Source: an uncultured virus (IMG/VR IMGVR_UViG_3300034073_003023)
Lineage: Duplodnaviria; Heunggongvirae; Uroviricota; Caudoviricetes
Virus record (IMG/VR): IMGVR_UViG_3300034073_003023
DNA length: 64,000 nt
Direction: 5' to 3' (one strand)
Both the position numbers and the translations under genes were made by a program. The notes under the pieces are model-generated. The model did not search any database. It was given only the letters and a program-made list of their open reading frames with translations, and was not told where the DNA came from. Positions 46,132 to 56,742 of the stretch are shown here, in pieces; the first letter of the stretch is position 1; every line of letters begins with the position of its first letter.

Positions 46132-48942
46132 TCATTTACCTCCTAAACATTTTATACATCCAGTACAATCAACTACATTAATAACTTTTGAATCTTTTGG
46201 AACATCAAACTCTTCATCCTTAGACAATCTCTTCACTTTAAGTATTGGAGCAAGTAAAGCATTAAATCCTGTAGAAGAATTTGTTTTGATTTCTGGAATA
46301 TCATCAAAACCACAACCACTATTTAACACTCTAACACCAGTGATTTGTCCATACTCATTAATTATGGGTTTTGCAACAACACCATTGCTAGGTGTAATAA
46401 TAAGTTCATCTTCTGGTCTGTATCCGTATCCACTTTGAAGAACCTCAATCTCCTCTACGCATAATACTACATTATAAGATACTCTTCCTCCACCTTCTCC
46501 AGAAGAATCTGTGAGTGCAAAGTCATTTACAACTGGTATATTTGGTGGTTTTACTGGAAGAAGTGGAAGATTAATAGTCTTTCTGTCAGTTCCTATTCCT
46601 GAAGTATCAGTTGATATTCCTAGATTGTTTCCAGTGGTTCCTATACCTAGATTTCCGGTGGTTCCTATACCTAGATTTCCGGTGGTTCCTATGCCCACAC
46701 TTTGATCTAAAACTATAATTGTTCCTTCGACAACATCTTCTCCAACAACTGTAGATCCTCCTCTAGCAATTCTATTTGGAACAGTATTCAAAGATAACTG
46801 ATTATTAGAAATAAATCCATAATATTTTTTAGATTCTCCTTCAAGATTAGTAATTGTCATCTGAATTGGTTCTTCTTCAGATGCTACTGTTTGCTCTATA
46901 TTTACTTCAAACTTATTAAACTGAAGAGGTACAGTTTCTGGAGGACCAATTGGTGGGTAGTAAGTATCCCCAGGTTCTAGGACTGCTGGTTTATTAATTC
47001 CGACAATTCTATATCTACCATCTCTGGTTCTAATATATCCTTCATCAGGTTCTTTCCAAGTAAATCCATCACCTCCCATACTACCATCAGGTTTCTGTAA
47101 ATATCCTGTTCCAGGAGATTCTACTGCAATACTTTTTAGTTTTAACTTTCCAGGATTTTCTTCATCAGGTTCCATTATTGCTTTAAAAGAACCTCCTGAT
47201 CCATTGCCACAAGCATCCTGAAGACTAACTGTAGGAGTTGAGGTAAATGATCCAGGATTAATAATATCAAATCCAATAATCGAAGAATTTGACCCTACAA
47301 TTGGATTTGCGATTGCACCAGAATTTTCTCCTCCCAAGAAGTTAACTGTAGGTGGACCGCAAAGAACTGGACCGACTTCACAATTTACTGCTCTAGCTGG
47401 TGTTTTTCCTGGAGGAGCAAGAGTCTTAACGATTTCAGAAGAAAAATCTCCGACTTGTATTCCAGGGGTTGCTGGTCCTGCCAAATCAATCTCATCATAT
47501 CCTGGGCAACTTTGATCTTCATCGCAAAGAAAGAACTTTAATATTCCAGATAAAATATCAAAAGCAGAAGCAACTATGGAAGCAATATTACCAATTGCAC
47601 CAAGAACACCGGAAAGAGCAGAAGTTATTTCTCCTAAAATTGGATTTAAAAAATCAGAAAGTAATTGTTGAACTGCACAAACTGGACCACTAACTAGTTT
47701 TTCAATTGAATCAGTAAGCAACTTTACAAATGTAGGAACAAGAGATGAAATTATTTTTTTAAATAAGCAAGAAAGAATTTCAAGTGCCTCAGATACAATG
47801 TTATTATATGTTGGTCTTTCACTTGGAAAAAGAAATGGAATTACTTCTTTTTGTAAAAGATTTGTAATTTCAACTTCCAATTTTTCCAAAATAAGACCAA
47901 GTAAATTGGTCATATATGAGGAAATAAAACTAGATGCAGTTTGAATAATATTATTTAATTGTGATTGTATAGAAGCTGCTGCTAAAGAAACTTCTCCGGC
48001 AGTTCTCTTAATTTGATCTGCTTGTGTTATTAAATTATTAAGAACTTTTGCAATTCCTTGAACATCAGAATCATCTTTTTTACAAGCATTTCTTAAAGGT
48101 CGTTTTACCTTTTTATCTTGATCCTGAGTATCCCAAGCTAATGTAGTGACGTGAAGTCCCTCAGTAACTTGTAAAGGAACATTAAAAATATTTAAATTAT
48201 CAGGAACATATGCTGGTGCTTTGTTTGAATCACTAAATGTATTATTAAACTGTTGATATCCTTGATTACAATTTCCTGGTGGTTGAGTTGCTGCTTGTCT
48301 TGAAGCTTTTGCAGTAGCAACTAAGACTTGTCTTTCTACTTCTTGTGGAGGAAGTCCTTTTGCTTTTGCTTCAGATCTTGCTTTAGAAGCAGCATCAAAT
48401 TCTTCTCTGGTTGGAGTTCTTGCGGGATTAAGAAGTCTTGATAATTGTTGCGTGGATAATTTATCAACATCTGGAGGTAACGCAGTGTTTGATAAACTTC
48501 CAGGACCATTAGGTGGAGGTGGTGGAGGTGGAGGAACAACTCCTCTTTCCTTTGGAACATTATTATTTGAATTTCCTACAACACCAACAATATAACCTTC
48601 CTGTCCTGCCATTCCATCCATAAAGAATCCAAAGACCACAGATCCTGGTTCTATGGATGGAGTTACTGATGCTCCACCGTGCCCAGAACCAGCAGTGACA
48701 GGCATTATCACCTGACAGAATGCCATCTGTTCTGGTGGAAGTTTATCCAACTCCCCAGTGTGCCAATTAAAAACTCTTACTTTATATCTATGTCCCCATC
48801 CCTTAATGGAAGCAATATTCGTAAATGTTCCTGCTTCAATGTTGTCTTGCCAAGATTCTTTTGTTTCTACTCTGCCTAACCACCAAGGGGGATTGACAAA
48901 AAATTGAGGATTAAAAGTAGAACCAGTAGTTACATCAGACAT
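46132..48942 (-). CDS. gp5: Baseplate hub subunit gp5 (OB-fold N-terminus)
   Basis: WWLGRVE...RYKVRVFNWH...VFGFFMDGMAGQEGYIVG. Confidence 0.8.
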   Translation of the reverse strand: MSDVTTGSTFNPQFFVNPPWWLGRVETKESWQDNIEAGTFTNIASIKGWGHRYKVRVFNWHTGELDKLPPEQMAFCQVIMPVTAGSGHGGASVTPSIEPGSVVFGFFMDGMAGQEGYIVGVVGNSNNNVPKERGVVPPPPPPPPNGPGSLSNTALPPDVDKLSTQQLSRLLNPARTPTREEFDAASKARSEAKAKGLPPQEVERQVLVATAKASRQAATQPPGNCNQGYQQFNNTFSDSNKAPAYVPDNLNIFNVPLQVTEGLHVTTLAWDTQDQDKKVKRPLRNACKKDDSDVQGIAKVLNNLITQADQIKRTAGEVSLAAASIQSQLNNIIQTASSFISSYMTNLLGLILEKLEVEITNLLQKEVIPFLFPSERPTYNNIVSEALEILSCLFKKIISSLVPTFVKLLTDSIEKLVSGPVCAVQQLLSDFLNPILGEITSALSGVLGAIGNIASIVASAFDILSGILKFFLCDEDQSCPGYDEIDLAGPATPGIQVGDFSSEIVKTLAPPGKTPARAVNCEVGPVLCGPPTVNFLGGENSGAIANPIVGSNSSIIGFDIINPGSFTSTPTVSLQDACGNGSGGSFKAIMEPDEENPGKLKLKSIAVESPGTGYLQKPDGSMGGDGFTWKEPDEGYIRTRDGRYRIVGINKPAVLEPGDTYYPPIGPPETVPLQFNKFEVNIEQTVASEEEPIQMTITNLEGESKKYYGFISNNQLSLNTVPNRIARGGSTVVGEDVVEGTIIVLDQSVGIGTTGNLGIGTTGNLGIGTTGNNLGISTDTSGIGTDRKTINLPLLPVKPPNIPVVNDFALTDSSGEGGGRVSYNVVLCVEEIEVLQSGYGYRPEDELIITPSNGVVAKPIINEYGQITGVRVLNSGCGFDDIPEIKTNSSTGFNALLAPILKVKRLSKDEEFDVPKDSKVINVVDCTGCIKCLGGK
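46620..46695. repeat. 24-bp tandem repeat x3 (GIGTTGNL) within gp5
   Basis: cctagatttccggtggttcctata units. Confidence 0.8.
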
Positions 48943-48944
48943 AA

Positions 48945-49160
48945 TTAATCTTCATAAATTCTGCACTCTAAAGCATCTGGATTTAAATCGCAGTAAACTT
49001 CAAGTGGGGTTGGATCGTGATTATCCCCAGGATGATTCTCTTGATATTTTTCAAGATTTTGTATTTCATCATTTAGATGTCTTCTTCTTTGACTGCTGAC
49101 ATTGGGATTATCTAATTCATTTCGATCATCCTCAATGTGCTGTTGGAGTGTTCTATTCAT
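48945..49160 (-). CDS. cp12: CP12 Calvin-cycle regulator (phage auxiliary metabolic gene)
   Basis: C-terminal PLEVYCDLNPDALECRIYED; late promoter at 49181-49187. Confidence 0.85.
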   Translation of the reverse strand: MNRTLQQHIEDDRNELDNPNVSSQRRRHLNDEIQNLEKYQENHPGDNHDPTPLEVYCDLNPDALECRIYED

Positions 49161-49188
49161 AGAACGAAAAATATACTTGATTTATTTA

Positions 49189-50487
49189 TTACATTTTCAT
49201 CGGTTTTCTTCCGTATGTTTCACGAATCAACTCCAAAGAAGTATAACATTGACTACTAGGGTCTATTCTATGACACAAACTTGATATGAGATATACTCCA
49301 CTCATTCTTGGATCATATGTTGGATTTGGTTTTGTTGACTGTTCTGGAAAATCACAAAATATTAATTGCCCTGCTTCTAGACTAAAATCTCCATAAATTG
49401 TTATCTGTATTCTTAATGTAAATGCTTGATTGTATCTAGAAGATGCAGCAGAAAGATAATCTTTCTTTTCAGTATCTAATTCTTTTGATTGTTCTATGGG
49501 TTTTAAGTTTCCAACAGACTCAAGACTTGTAAAAAATCTAGAAGGACTATCAATGAATTCAGTATTCATATTTGTTCCAAACTCAGTAGCCTGAGAACTT
49601 GTCACTGGTGCTTGTTGGGTAATGCTTAATGGGTTACAGTTGTATACACTTTCTTGAGAATTAAACAAGTTCACTGATGAATTATAAGTTCCCATTTGCA
49701 ATTGATCTTTGAGATCATTATCACTTACAACTTCAAAGTTTAATATTTTTCCTGTATATCCTGGAGGAGGAACTGATACTGTATTGTTGTAAATAAACTT
49801 CTTAGTATATTCTTGTTCAAACAATCCATCTACAGACTTAAATTTATATCCACTTTTTGTTTCAAAAAAGAAGTACCCAGCAAGTAATCCAAGAGCACTT
49901 GTTCCTTCTTTGATTGCTTGTGATGCCAACCACATTATAAACCAAAAGGGTTTCTTAGTAGTTCCGATAAAAGACCTTTCATTTTTAGTAGGTTCTATAT
50001 CAAAATCTTTTGGTGTTTTTAAATCTTCTAGTAATATTTTAACCACAGAATCTGATATTTTTCCATCATATCTTTTTACTATTCTTACACTTTCATTTTT
50101 TAAATATTCTTTTGAAACTAATTCTATAATTTCAAATTCTTTTAACTTATCACTTCCTTTATCTTTTGATGTAATGTGTAATGGATTTATTTCACTCTTA
50201 AAAGGTATCTTCTGTTTATTTGCATCTTCAATTTCAATATAAACTTTTTCACCTCTAGAAATTCTAACGGCATTTGATGCGGTAACTTTTCCCCCAGTTC
50301 CATCATTTCCTCCTGCGGCATTTCCTGTATCAACAAATGCTATCGTCATTCTTACAGTCTCTGATAATATATTTTCATAATAATACAATTCAACTAAACC
50401 CTTGTTGAATGCGAGTGGTTCTCCCCCCGCATTTGGGTAAATATCAAAAACTGGAACGTTGCCTTTTGATTGATCTAAAGAAGTCAT
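49189..50487 (-). CDS. Baseplate hub protein (gp27-like)
   Basis: YYENILS, YFFFET...FKSVDGL, GDFSLEAGQ, SGVYLISSLCH. Confidence 0.7.
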   Translation of the reverse strand: MTSLDQSKGNVPVFDIYPNAGGEPLAFNKGLVELYYYENILSETVRMTIAFVDTGNAAGGNDGTGGKVTASNAVRISRGEKVYIEIEDANKQKIPFKSEINPLHITSKDKGSDKLKEFEIIELVSKEYLKNESVRIVKRYDGKISDSVVKILLEDLKTPKDFDIEPTKNERSFIGTTKKPFWFIMWLASQAIKEGTSALGLLAGYFFFETKSGYKFKSVDGLFEQEYTKKFIYNNTVSVPPPGYTGKILNFEVVSDNDLKDQLQMGTYNSSVNLFNSQESVYNCNPLSITQQAPVTSSQATEFGTNMNTEFIDSPSRFFTSLESVGNLKPIEQSKELDTEKKDYLSAASSRYNQAFTLRIQITIYGDFSLEAGQLIFCDFPEQSTKPNPTYDPRMSGVYLISSLCHRIDPSSQCYTSLELIRETYGRKPMKM

Positions 50488-50488
50488 A

Positions 50489-53400
50489 TTAACCTATTGC
50501 GTCTAAAATATCCATTCCTGGAACACTATTATCTATATCACGCATCATTGAAATAGAAGTTCCACCTTCACCTCCAAGTGGGACAGGAACTTCTATTTCA
50601 ATAGGGACTTCAACAATTTCAGGTTCAGCATATGGTTGCTCATAGTCCATATATGTATTTAAAGAATTTATAATTGAAGGCATATATTTTTTCAATGAAT
50701 TTCTATCGTGAATATCATAATTTAATATATCAAGAAGTCCTGGCGCAACTTTTTCAGTTTCTTTGTAAGAATCTGCATCAATTACATATTCAGTTCCTTC
50801 TTCTCCTATCATTGCCATATGTGGGCCATCTAGAGTTTCACCACCTCTTGCATAAGCAACGTGAACGTGATCATTATGATCAGCTTGATATGATCCAATA
50901 TTTTTATATCTAGGGGAATGGTGTATAAGTTCAGCTGGACTATATCCATTTTTTCTATTCCATTCTAATATTGCTTTTATAACAGGAGCTTGTTCGTCTC
51001 TACCACCACTACTTGGATGGGATGGAGCCCAACCACCTAAATCAATCGCTCTTCCTTGATAATGCAATGATCCAGAACTATGTCCAGATTTTGCCCAAGG
51101 AGGATGTCTTGGATGTCTATGAATAGACCCAGTAACAGGAAGTTTGGATCTATTTGCTTTCATAAAATCTCCAAGATCTCCTGCAATTTTTTGACCACCT
51201 TTTCCATAACCTTTCCCCATTTTTATATTTTGATCTTTACTTGAAGATAATTCAGATTTAGAATATCCTCCTTGTTTGACTTTTGATAATGCTTTTAAAA
51301 CTTTATCAAAAGTAGTGTGAGCCTTATTCCTACCATCTCCGTGAAAATAAGATAAATTATCATTTCCTCTAGGCAATCCTGCCCATTCCATAGAAAGATA
51401 TTTTGCAAATTCTGGATCCGATATTTTCCCAGCTAACCAATCTCTACCATATCTCTTCTTTTCAATAAGAGCTATAGCCATTTTATCCTGATTTTCTGGA
51501 CTAAAAAGATCATTCGGTTTTAATCCAGCATAAGCAGCTTGTGCTGCAATATTCATAAATTGATATTTTCCAGATGCTGCTGATCCCCATTTTCTATAAT
51601 TTGCCAGTTGAACAGCATTAGCTTGAGCAATTGTTAATTTTGAATAACCAGGATAAATTCCTCCATATCTACTATCATATGAACCTCCTGCAGATTCTAC
51701 AGATGATATTAAATCTAATAATGGACCCCATTTTCCAGAAGTTAATCCACCCCCTTCAACACCTTCATCCATTCCTTCATCAGATGGTTCATTATTTTTT
51801 TCAAGCATCTCTTCTCTACCAACAGGTCTTAAAGATAATTCTTTACTCAAATTATGAATAGTAGTATTAACCTCTTTAGATACAGAATCTTCAACAGACT
51901 TTGCTATTACATTTGTATAGTCTTCTCCACCAAAATATTTTTGTGCATCAACTTCTCCTCCTCCAGAAAATCCAAGAGGACTTGATTTGAATGTAGTTTG
52001 AATCCAAGAATTTAATCCTCTACCTGCATTTTTATAATCAAGCAAATCAGGTTTTTGTCCTAAAACACTCTTTAAAGCAATGGTAAAGAATGGACCAAAG
52101 AAGTCTGCCTTTCCTAAATTATCATTACTTTTGACTAAAAATTCTTGAGGATTTGTTGTTTTTTGTGTTGGTTTTTTAGTCTCTTGAGGTTGTTCTTTAC
52201 TTTTTCCAGTAAATAAGCCAAAAGGATCCCACCAAGCTTTTTCAGGATTTGGAAATACCTTTCTTACTTTCTTTTCTCCGCCAGTATCAGCACCGGGTTT
52301 TATTTTTCTAGGAATAAAAGATACAGTTCTTTTTGGTTTCTTTTTCTTTAATGTTCTTCTTACTGTTTTTGATCTAGAAGTTTTTGGAATTCCTCCTCCA
52401 GCAAGTTTATTTACCTTACCTTTTTTAGGAGTTTTTCCTCCAAAAAATAAATCATATAAAGCACCACCAGCTAAATCCCCAGCAACTCCTCCAATCATAC
52501 CCCCAATAAAATTTCCAGCAACTGGAACTACAGATCCTATAACTGCTCCAAGAGCACCTAAGAGACCTGCACCAATTGCTCTAAATGCTGCTCTACCAAG
52601 ATTTTCACCAAGAGCAACAGACAATCCAAAATCAATTAATGCACCAACTACTGGCAATGGTATTCTTTTTAAAAATGGTCTAACTGAGGATAAAAGTGCT
52701 CTTTTCCCACCACCACTTGTAGTTATCGTAGGTCTTTGACGAAGTGGATTTCTTATATCAGGTCTACCTGCTGCACCACCACCACTTGTAGTTATTGTAG
52801 GTCTTTGACGAAGTGGATTTCTTATATCAGGTCTACCTGCTGCACCACCACCACTTGTGGTTACTTTAGGTGTTCCAGAAATTTTTGGAGATGCTCCTTT
52901 TCCTCCTCCACCAAATCCACCAGAACCAGCAGCAACCATCCCAGCAATGATTGCCAGATTTAAAAATTTATTTAATACTCCAGACAATTCATCAAATTTT
53001 TTTACTCCACCATCACCAAAAAGATTCTTTACAAATCCTCTAGTTGCATCATACGTTTTATATCCCCAATCAATAAAAGTTACTAAACTATCTAATAATT
53101 TTCCTCCCCAATCAATAATAAAATCACTTACATTAATAATAACAGGAAGTATCTTTAATAATTGAGGAAGAAATCCGATCAACCTAACTGCAAGAAATCC
53201 AAGAACAGTTTGAGTAATAAAGTTTTTAATCCATCCAAAAAAACCAAGTTTTGGAGCAGATGGTAGTTTAACTTCTTTTTCAGGTTTTGGAAGTTTTTTT
53301 TCTAAATCCTTTTCTCTTTTAGAAAATTCTTCTCCTTCCTTTTTAATTCTTGTTTTTTTATCTTCTTTTTTTGAAAGAAGTAAAGAATCTTTTAGTAATT

Positions 53401-53557
53401 TATCAACCTTAATAACCTTATTCTCAATCTTCTTTACAGTATCTGTTATAGAAGATGTCTTTGTTATTTTAGCAGAAGGTTTACTAAAATTTAAAAACTT
53501 ATCTGCTTTAACTATAGAAGATTTTGAAGATTTTGATGGAGGAAGTAGTTTTGCCAT
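50489..53557 (-). CDS. Hub/tape-measure-like protein with lysozyme-like and zinc-peptidase-like domains
   Basis: LLDLISSVES...SAASGKYQF...FSPENQDKMA...EWAGLP; HYQGRAIDL...HNDHVHVAY. Confidence 0.65.
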   Translation of the reverse strand: MAKLLPPSKSSKSSIVKADKFLNFSKPSAKITKTSSITDTVKKIENKVIKVDKLLKDSLLLSKKEDKKTRIKKEGEEFSKREKDLEKKLPKPEKEVKLPSAPKLGFFGWIKNFITQTVLGFLAVRLIGFLPQLLKILPVIINVSDFIIDWGGKLLDSLVTFIDWGYKTYDATRGFVKNLFGDGGVKKFDELSGVLNKFLNLAIIAGMVAAGSGGFGGGGKGASPKISGTPKVTTSGGGAAGRPDIRNPLRQRPTITTSGGGAAGRPDIRNPLRQRPTITTSGGGKRALLSSVRPFLKRIPLPVVGALIDFGLSVALGENLGRAAFRAIGAGLLGALGAVIGSVVPVAGNFIGGMIGGVAGDLAGGALYDLFFGGKTPKKGKVNKLAGGGIPKTSRSKTVRRTLKKKKPKRTVSFIPRKIKPGADTGGEKKVRKVFPNPEKAWWDPFGLFTGKSKEQPQETKKPTQKTTNPQEFLVKSNDNLGKADFFGPFFTIALKSVLGQKPDLLDYKNAGRGLNSWIQTTFKSSPLGFSGGGEVDAQKYFGGEDYTNVIAKSVEDSVSKEVNTTIHNLSKELSLRPVGREEMLEKNNEPSDEGMDEGVEGGGLTSGKWGPLLDLISSVESAGGSYDSRYGGIYPGYSKLTIAQANAVQLANYRKWGSAASGKYQFMNIAAQAAYAGLKPNDLFSPENQDKMAIALIEKKRYGRDWLAGKISDPEFAKYLSMEWAGLPRGNDNLSYFHGDGRNKAHTTFDKVLKALSKVKQGGYSKSELSSSKDQNIKMGKGYGKGGQKIAGDLGDFMKANRSKLPVTGSIHRHPRHPPWAKSGHSSGSLHYQGRAIDLGGWAPSHPSSGGRDEQAPVIKAILEWNRKNGYSPAELIHHSPRYKNIGSYQADHNDHVHVAYARGGETLDGPHMAMIGEEGTEYVIDADSYKETEKVAPGLLDILNYDIHDRNSLKKYMPSIINSLNTYMDYEQPYAEPEIVEVPIEIEVPVPLGGEGGTSISMMRDIDNSVPGMDILDAIG
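52706..52858. repeat. 69-bp tandem repeat, about 2.2 copies (TTSGGGAAGRPDIRNPLRQRPTI)
   Basis: Near-identical units with period 69. Confidence 0.9.
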
Positions 53558-53562
53558 TGATC

Positions 53563-56500
53563 TTATTTCTTAACTCCATAAGTACTTCTTGCAGTTTTTG
53601 TAGATTTAGCGCTATGGTTTGGAGAAAATGAAGGTGGTTTACTTGATTTAGTAGATCCTTTTGATTTACTAGATCTTTGACCTCCTTTATATTGAGATGT
53701 TTTTTTATTTGCTGCTGGCTTTGGTATAGGTTTTACCGGAGTTTTGGTTGCTGTTTTTGGTCTAGTAAATCTAGATTTAGTAGGTTGTTTTGTATTTTTT
53801 TGTGGTTTATCATAAAGTTTTGCTGATTTATTTTTCTTCAAAAATTCTTTTTTCTTTTTCTCTTCCTCTTTTACTTTTGCAGATCCTCCACCAAACCATC
53901 CCATCTTATCCCACCAAGGTCTTTTTTCTTCTAATTTACGTTGGTTTTCTTGTTGTTTTTTAATTTTTTTCTGTTCGGCAATTGCTTTTTGTTGATCTTT
54001 TTTCAATTGTTCTGGTGTTTTTTGTTTTCCTGTTGAAGGATCTATTTTACTCCTATCAATTTTCCCAATTTTAATTTCACTACCAAGGGCTCTTTGATTT
54101 AACCATCCAATATCTTGAGCAAATCTTCCCAACATAGAAGCACCAAAATAAGTTGCATCACTAAAAGATCCTTTCAATAAACCTTCTTTTGCTAATTGAG
54201 CATATTCTCCAACAGTTCTATTAAAATTATACCTATCATCACTGTAAAGAACATCTCCCCCAGGTTTTGTAGAAGCAGTAAATCTTCCTAAGATAGAATT
54301 AGCTGCTGATCCTCCAGATACTTTATCGCTATATGCACCTCCACCTTTAGCACCCTTATTAATATCTTCTTGATTCCAATTCATAGTTACTTTACCAGTT
54401 TTTGGATCAACTTTCAATCCGTTTTTGCCCATAGTTTGTTCTATAGTTTGCATTCTCATTTTATCAACTTGAGGATTTGATAAAATTTTAAATGGTCTCC
54501 CTAAAGGTCCTAATATGGATTTTAGGAAAGTTAAATTTCTCATCGTGGTAGCATTCCCAGATGGAATAGGAATTAATCCTTTATCAGCAATTTCTTTAAA
54601 TGGACCATCAGGAAGTTTTCTAATAAAACTATCACCAAAAGTAATCTGTCTATCTTGAATCTTTTCCATTCCTTTAGAAAGATCATTATATCTCTTAGAA
54701 GATGATACATTCTTCATAGTATCAAAAAATTTAGCCCCAGTATTTTTTGGTATTTGAGAAATTTGGTTTACTGTTTGAGAAGCCTTATCTTGAATTTTTC
54801 CAGATTTAATATCGGATAAAACTTTATTGCCATAGTTTAAAGATTGACTATACAATCCTGATCCAAATTTTGCACTAGAGTCTATCAAAGATGAAACATC
54901 TTTTTTTAATTGATCACCTTGCAAATATTTTTGTGCTTGAACACCAGCATTCATTCCAATATTCCCAATTTGATTGGGATCTAATTTAATATTCCCAATT
55001 TGACCAGCTGTCCTATTGATAAAATTAGCAGAATTAGAAGCAAATTCATTAGTTGTAGGTCCCCAAGTTTGCGGTTCCTGAAGATTAATTCCTTTACTAA
55101 GGAACCACTTATTCATAGCATATAATAATTTTTCAAAATCATTACCTCCACCAGAATCACGTCTAATTTCTCCTCCACCATAAGCATAAGTTTTTCCTCC
55201 AACTACTTGAGGTTGGTTTGTACCACCTCCTGCAGCATTCATTGCTTCTAAGGTCTCTACTCCATACTTATTGACAGCACCAACTGACATAACAAATTCA
55301 CCATCAGTAAGCATTGCAGGAACTCTATCTCTTCCCTTTGGTCCATTTACTAATCCACTACCTAATCCTCCAGAAAATCCTCCACCACTAAATCCATATT
55401 GTTTTGTCTTTCCTGTTTGTAAGAAATAAATCTGCTCATCAATTTCAGATCCCTTTCCTTGTAATCTTTCAAAAACATTAAGATTTGCTTTTTGTGTTTG
55501 AAGTTGTTTTATCTTATCATCTTTGCTTCCAGGTGCTTTTTCAGTTTTTCTTTCCTGCTCATTTACAGTTTGAGGAAACATTGCAGGGATTGTTGCCCCA
55601 GCAGTAAATAGAGCAATTCCTTTTCCTAAAGGAGTTCTTATAAACTTTAAAAGTTGTGGTATGGCAACCTTACCAATTTGGAAGATAAATCTTCCAAGCA
55701 TACCAACAGTTCCTCTGACAAATTTGCCAAAGGTTGTTCCAAATAGAACATAAGATCCAAGTAATGCTGGCCACCAATCTTTAAAAAATCTTATAATACT
55801 TTTTATTTTTCCTTGATTTTTTGGATCTGCAATCCAATTTACAAGTTTAATTAATATTCTTCCAAGAATTATATTACCAATAAAATTAAGTATCTTATCC
55901 CAAATAGATTGAAATGGTTTAGTAATTGCAGATATTGCTTTCTTGATTCCATCAAAAGTTTTAGATTCTAATTCACCCTCTCTTGACTTTCTTTTTTTAT
56001 TTTCTTCTTCTTTTCTTTTCTCTTCTAATTGATTCCTATTTCGATCATTAATATCTGTTAGAGTATTGACAATTGAATCAAGAGTTTTATTAATATTATC
56101 TAAAGAAGTTTTTAATGATTCAGAATTATCAGATGATGTTCTAGAAATTTTAGCAGACTTTTCTGTAATGTCTCTAACTTTTACTGGATCAATATACTGT
56201 TGGAAAAAAGAATTATTTGCTGTTATTTTCCCAGAAGGAGATTTAGCAATTTTTCCTCCTCTTGGTCGATTCCCTCCTCCAGATGAAGGGGAAGGAGGTG
56301 CAGATGGAGGAGGAGAAACTGATACTTTTGCTTTTGAGGTCTTTACTTTAAATCTACCTTTCTTATTTTTAACTCTCTTAAATTCATTTCTTAAGAGCTC
56401 ATCTTCTTCTCTAGGAAGTTCTTTTCCTATTAATCTAGCAGATGCTAATTTTTTCTTTATAATTTCATAGTAAGTCTGGTAATCAAGTTCCAATCCAGAA

Positions 56501-56568
56501 TTGATCTTCAGTAATCTTAAAATTACTTCATTGATATTTTCTGTAGTAACTTTTTGATTACCAGCCAT
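53563..56568 (-). CDS. Baseplate hub / tape-measure-like protein
   Basis: Coiled coil plus amphipathic segment; DRVPAMLTDGEFVMS motif. Confidence 0.6.
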   Translation of the reverse strand: MAGNQKVTTENINEVILRLLKINSGLELDYQTYYEIIKKKLASARLIGKELPREEDELLRNEFKRVKNKKGRFKVKTSKAKVSVSPPPSAPPSPSSGGGNRPRGGKIAKSPSGKITANNSFFQQYIDPVKVRDITEKSAKISRTSSDNSESLKTSLDNINKTLDSIVNTLTDINDRNRNQLEEKRKEEENKKRKSREGELESKTFDGIKKAISAITKPFQSIWDKILNFIGNIILGRILIKLVNWIADPKNQGKIKSIIRFFKDWWPALLGSYVLFGTTFGKFVRGTVGMLGRFIFQIGKVAIPQLLKFIRTPLGKGIALFTAGATIPAMFPQTVNEQERKTEKAPGSKDDKIKQLQTQKANLNVFERLQGKGSEIDEQIYFLQTGKTKQYGFSGGGFSGGLGSGLVNGPKGRDRVPAMLTDGEFVMSVGAVNKYGVETLEAMNAAGGGTNQPQVVGGKTYAYGGGEIRRDSGGGNDFEKLLYAMNKWFLSKGINLQEPQTWGPTTNEFASNSANFINRTAGQIGNIKLDPNQIGNIGMNAGVQAQKYLQGDQLKKDVSSLIDSSAKFGSGLYSQSLNYGNKVLSDIKSGKIQDKASQTVNQISQIPKNTGAKFFDTMKNVSSSKRYNDLSKGMEKIQDRQITFGDSFIRKLPDGPFKEIADKGLIPIPSGNATTMRNLTFLKSILGPLGRPFKILSNPQVDKMRMQTIEQTMGKNGLKVDPKTGKVTMNWNQEDINKGAKGGGAYSDKVSGGSAANSILGRFTASTKPGGDVLYSDDRYNFNRTVGEYAQLAKEGLLKGSFSDATYFGASMLGRFAQDIGWLNQRALGSEIKIGKIDRSKIDPSTGKQKTPEQLKKDQQKAIAEQKKIKKQQENQRKLEEKRPWWDKMGWFGGGSAKVKEEEKKKKEFLKKNKSAKLYDKPQKNTKQPTKSRFTRPKTATKTPVKPIPKPAANKKTSQYKGGQRSSKSKGSTKSSKPPSFSPNHSAKSTKTARSTYGVKK

Positions 56569-56740
56569 TACTTTGTTGCTTCTGTTTAGATTCTTCTTCT
56601 TCTATATGTTGCTTTAATAATTCAACGTAAATATCCCTTTCCCAAGGAATCATATTTTCAATTTCAGTCAATGAATATTTATGATATTGCATTAACGAAA
56701 AATTTAATTTGAAATATGATTCAAGATCCATATGAATCAT
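56558..56740 (-). CDS. gp51: Baseplate hub assembly catalyst gp51
   Basis: NFSLMQYHKYSLTEIENMIPWERDIYV. Confidence 0.85.
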   Translation of the reverse strand: MIHMDLESYFKLNFSLMQYHKYSLTEIENMIPWERDIYVELLKQHIEEEESKQKQQSNGW

Positions 56741-56742
56741 TG

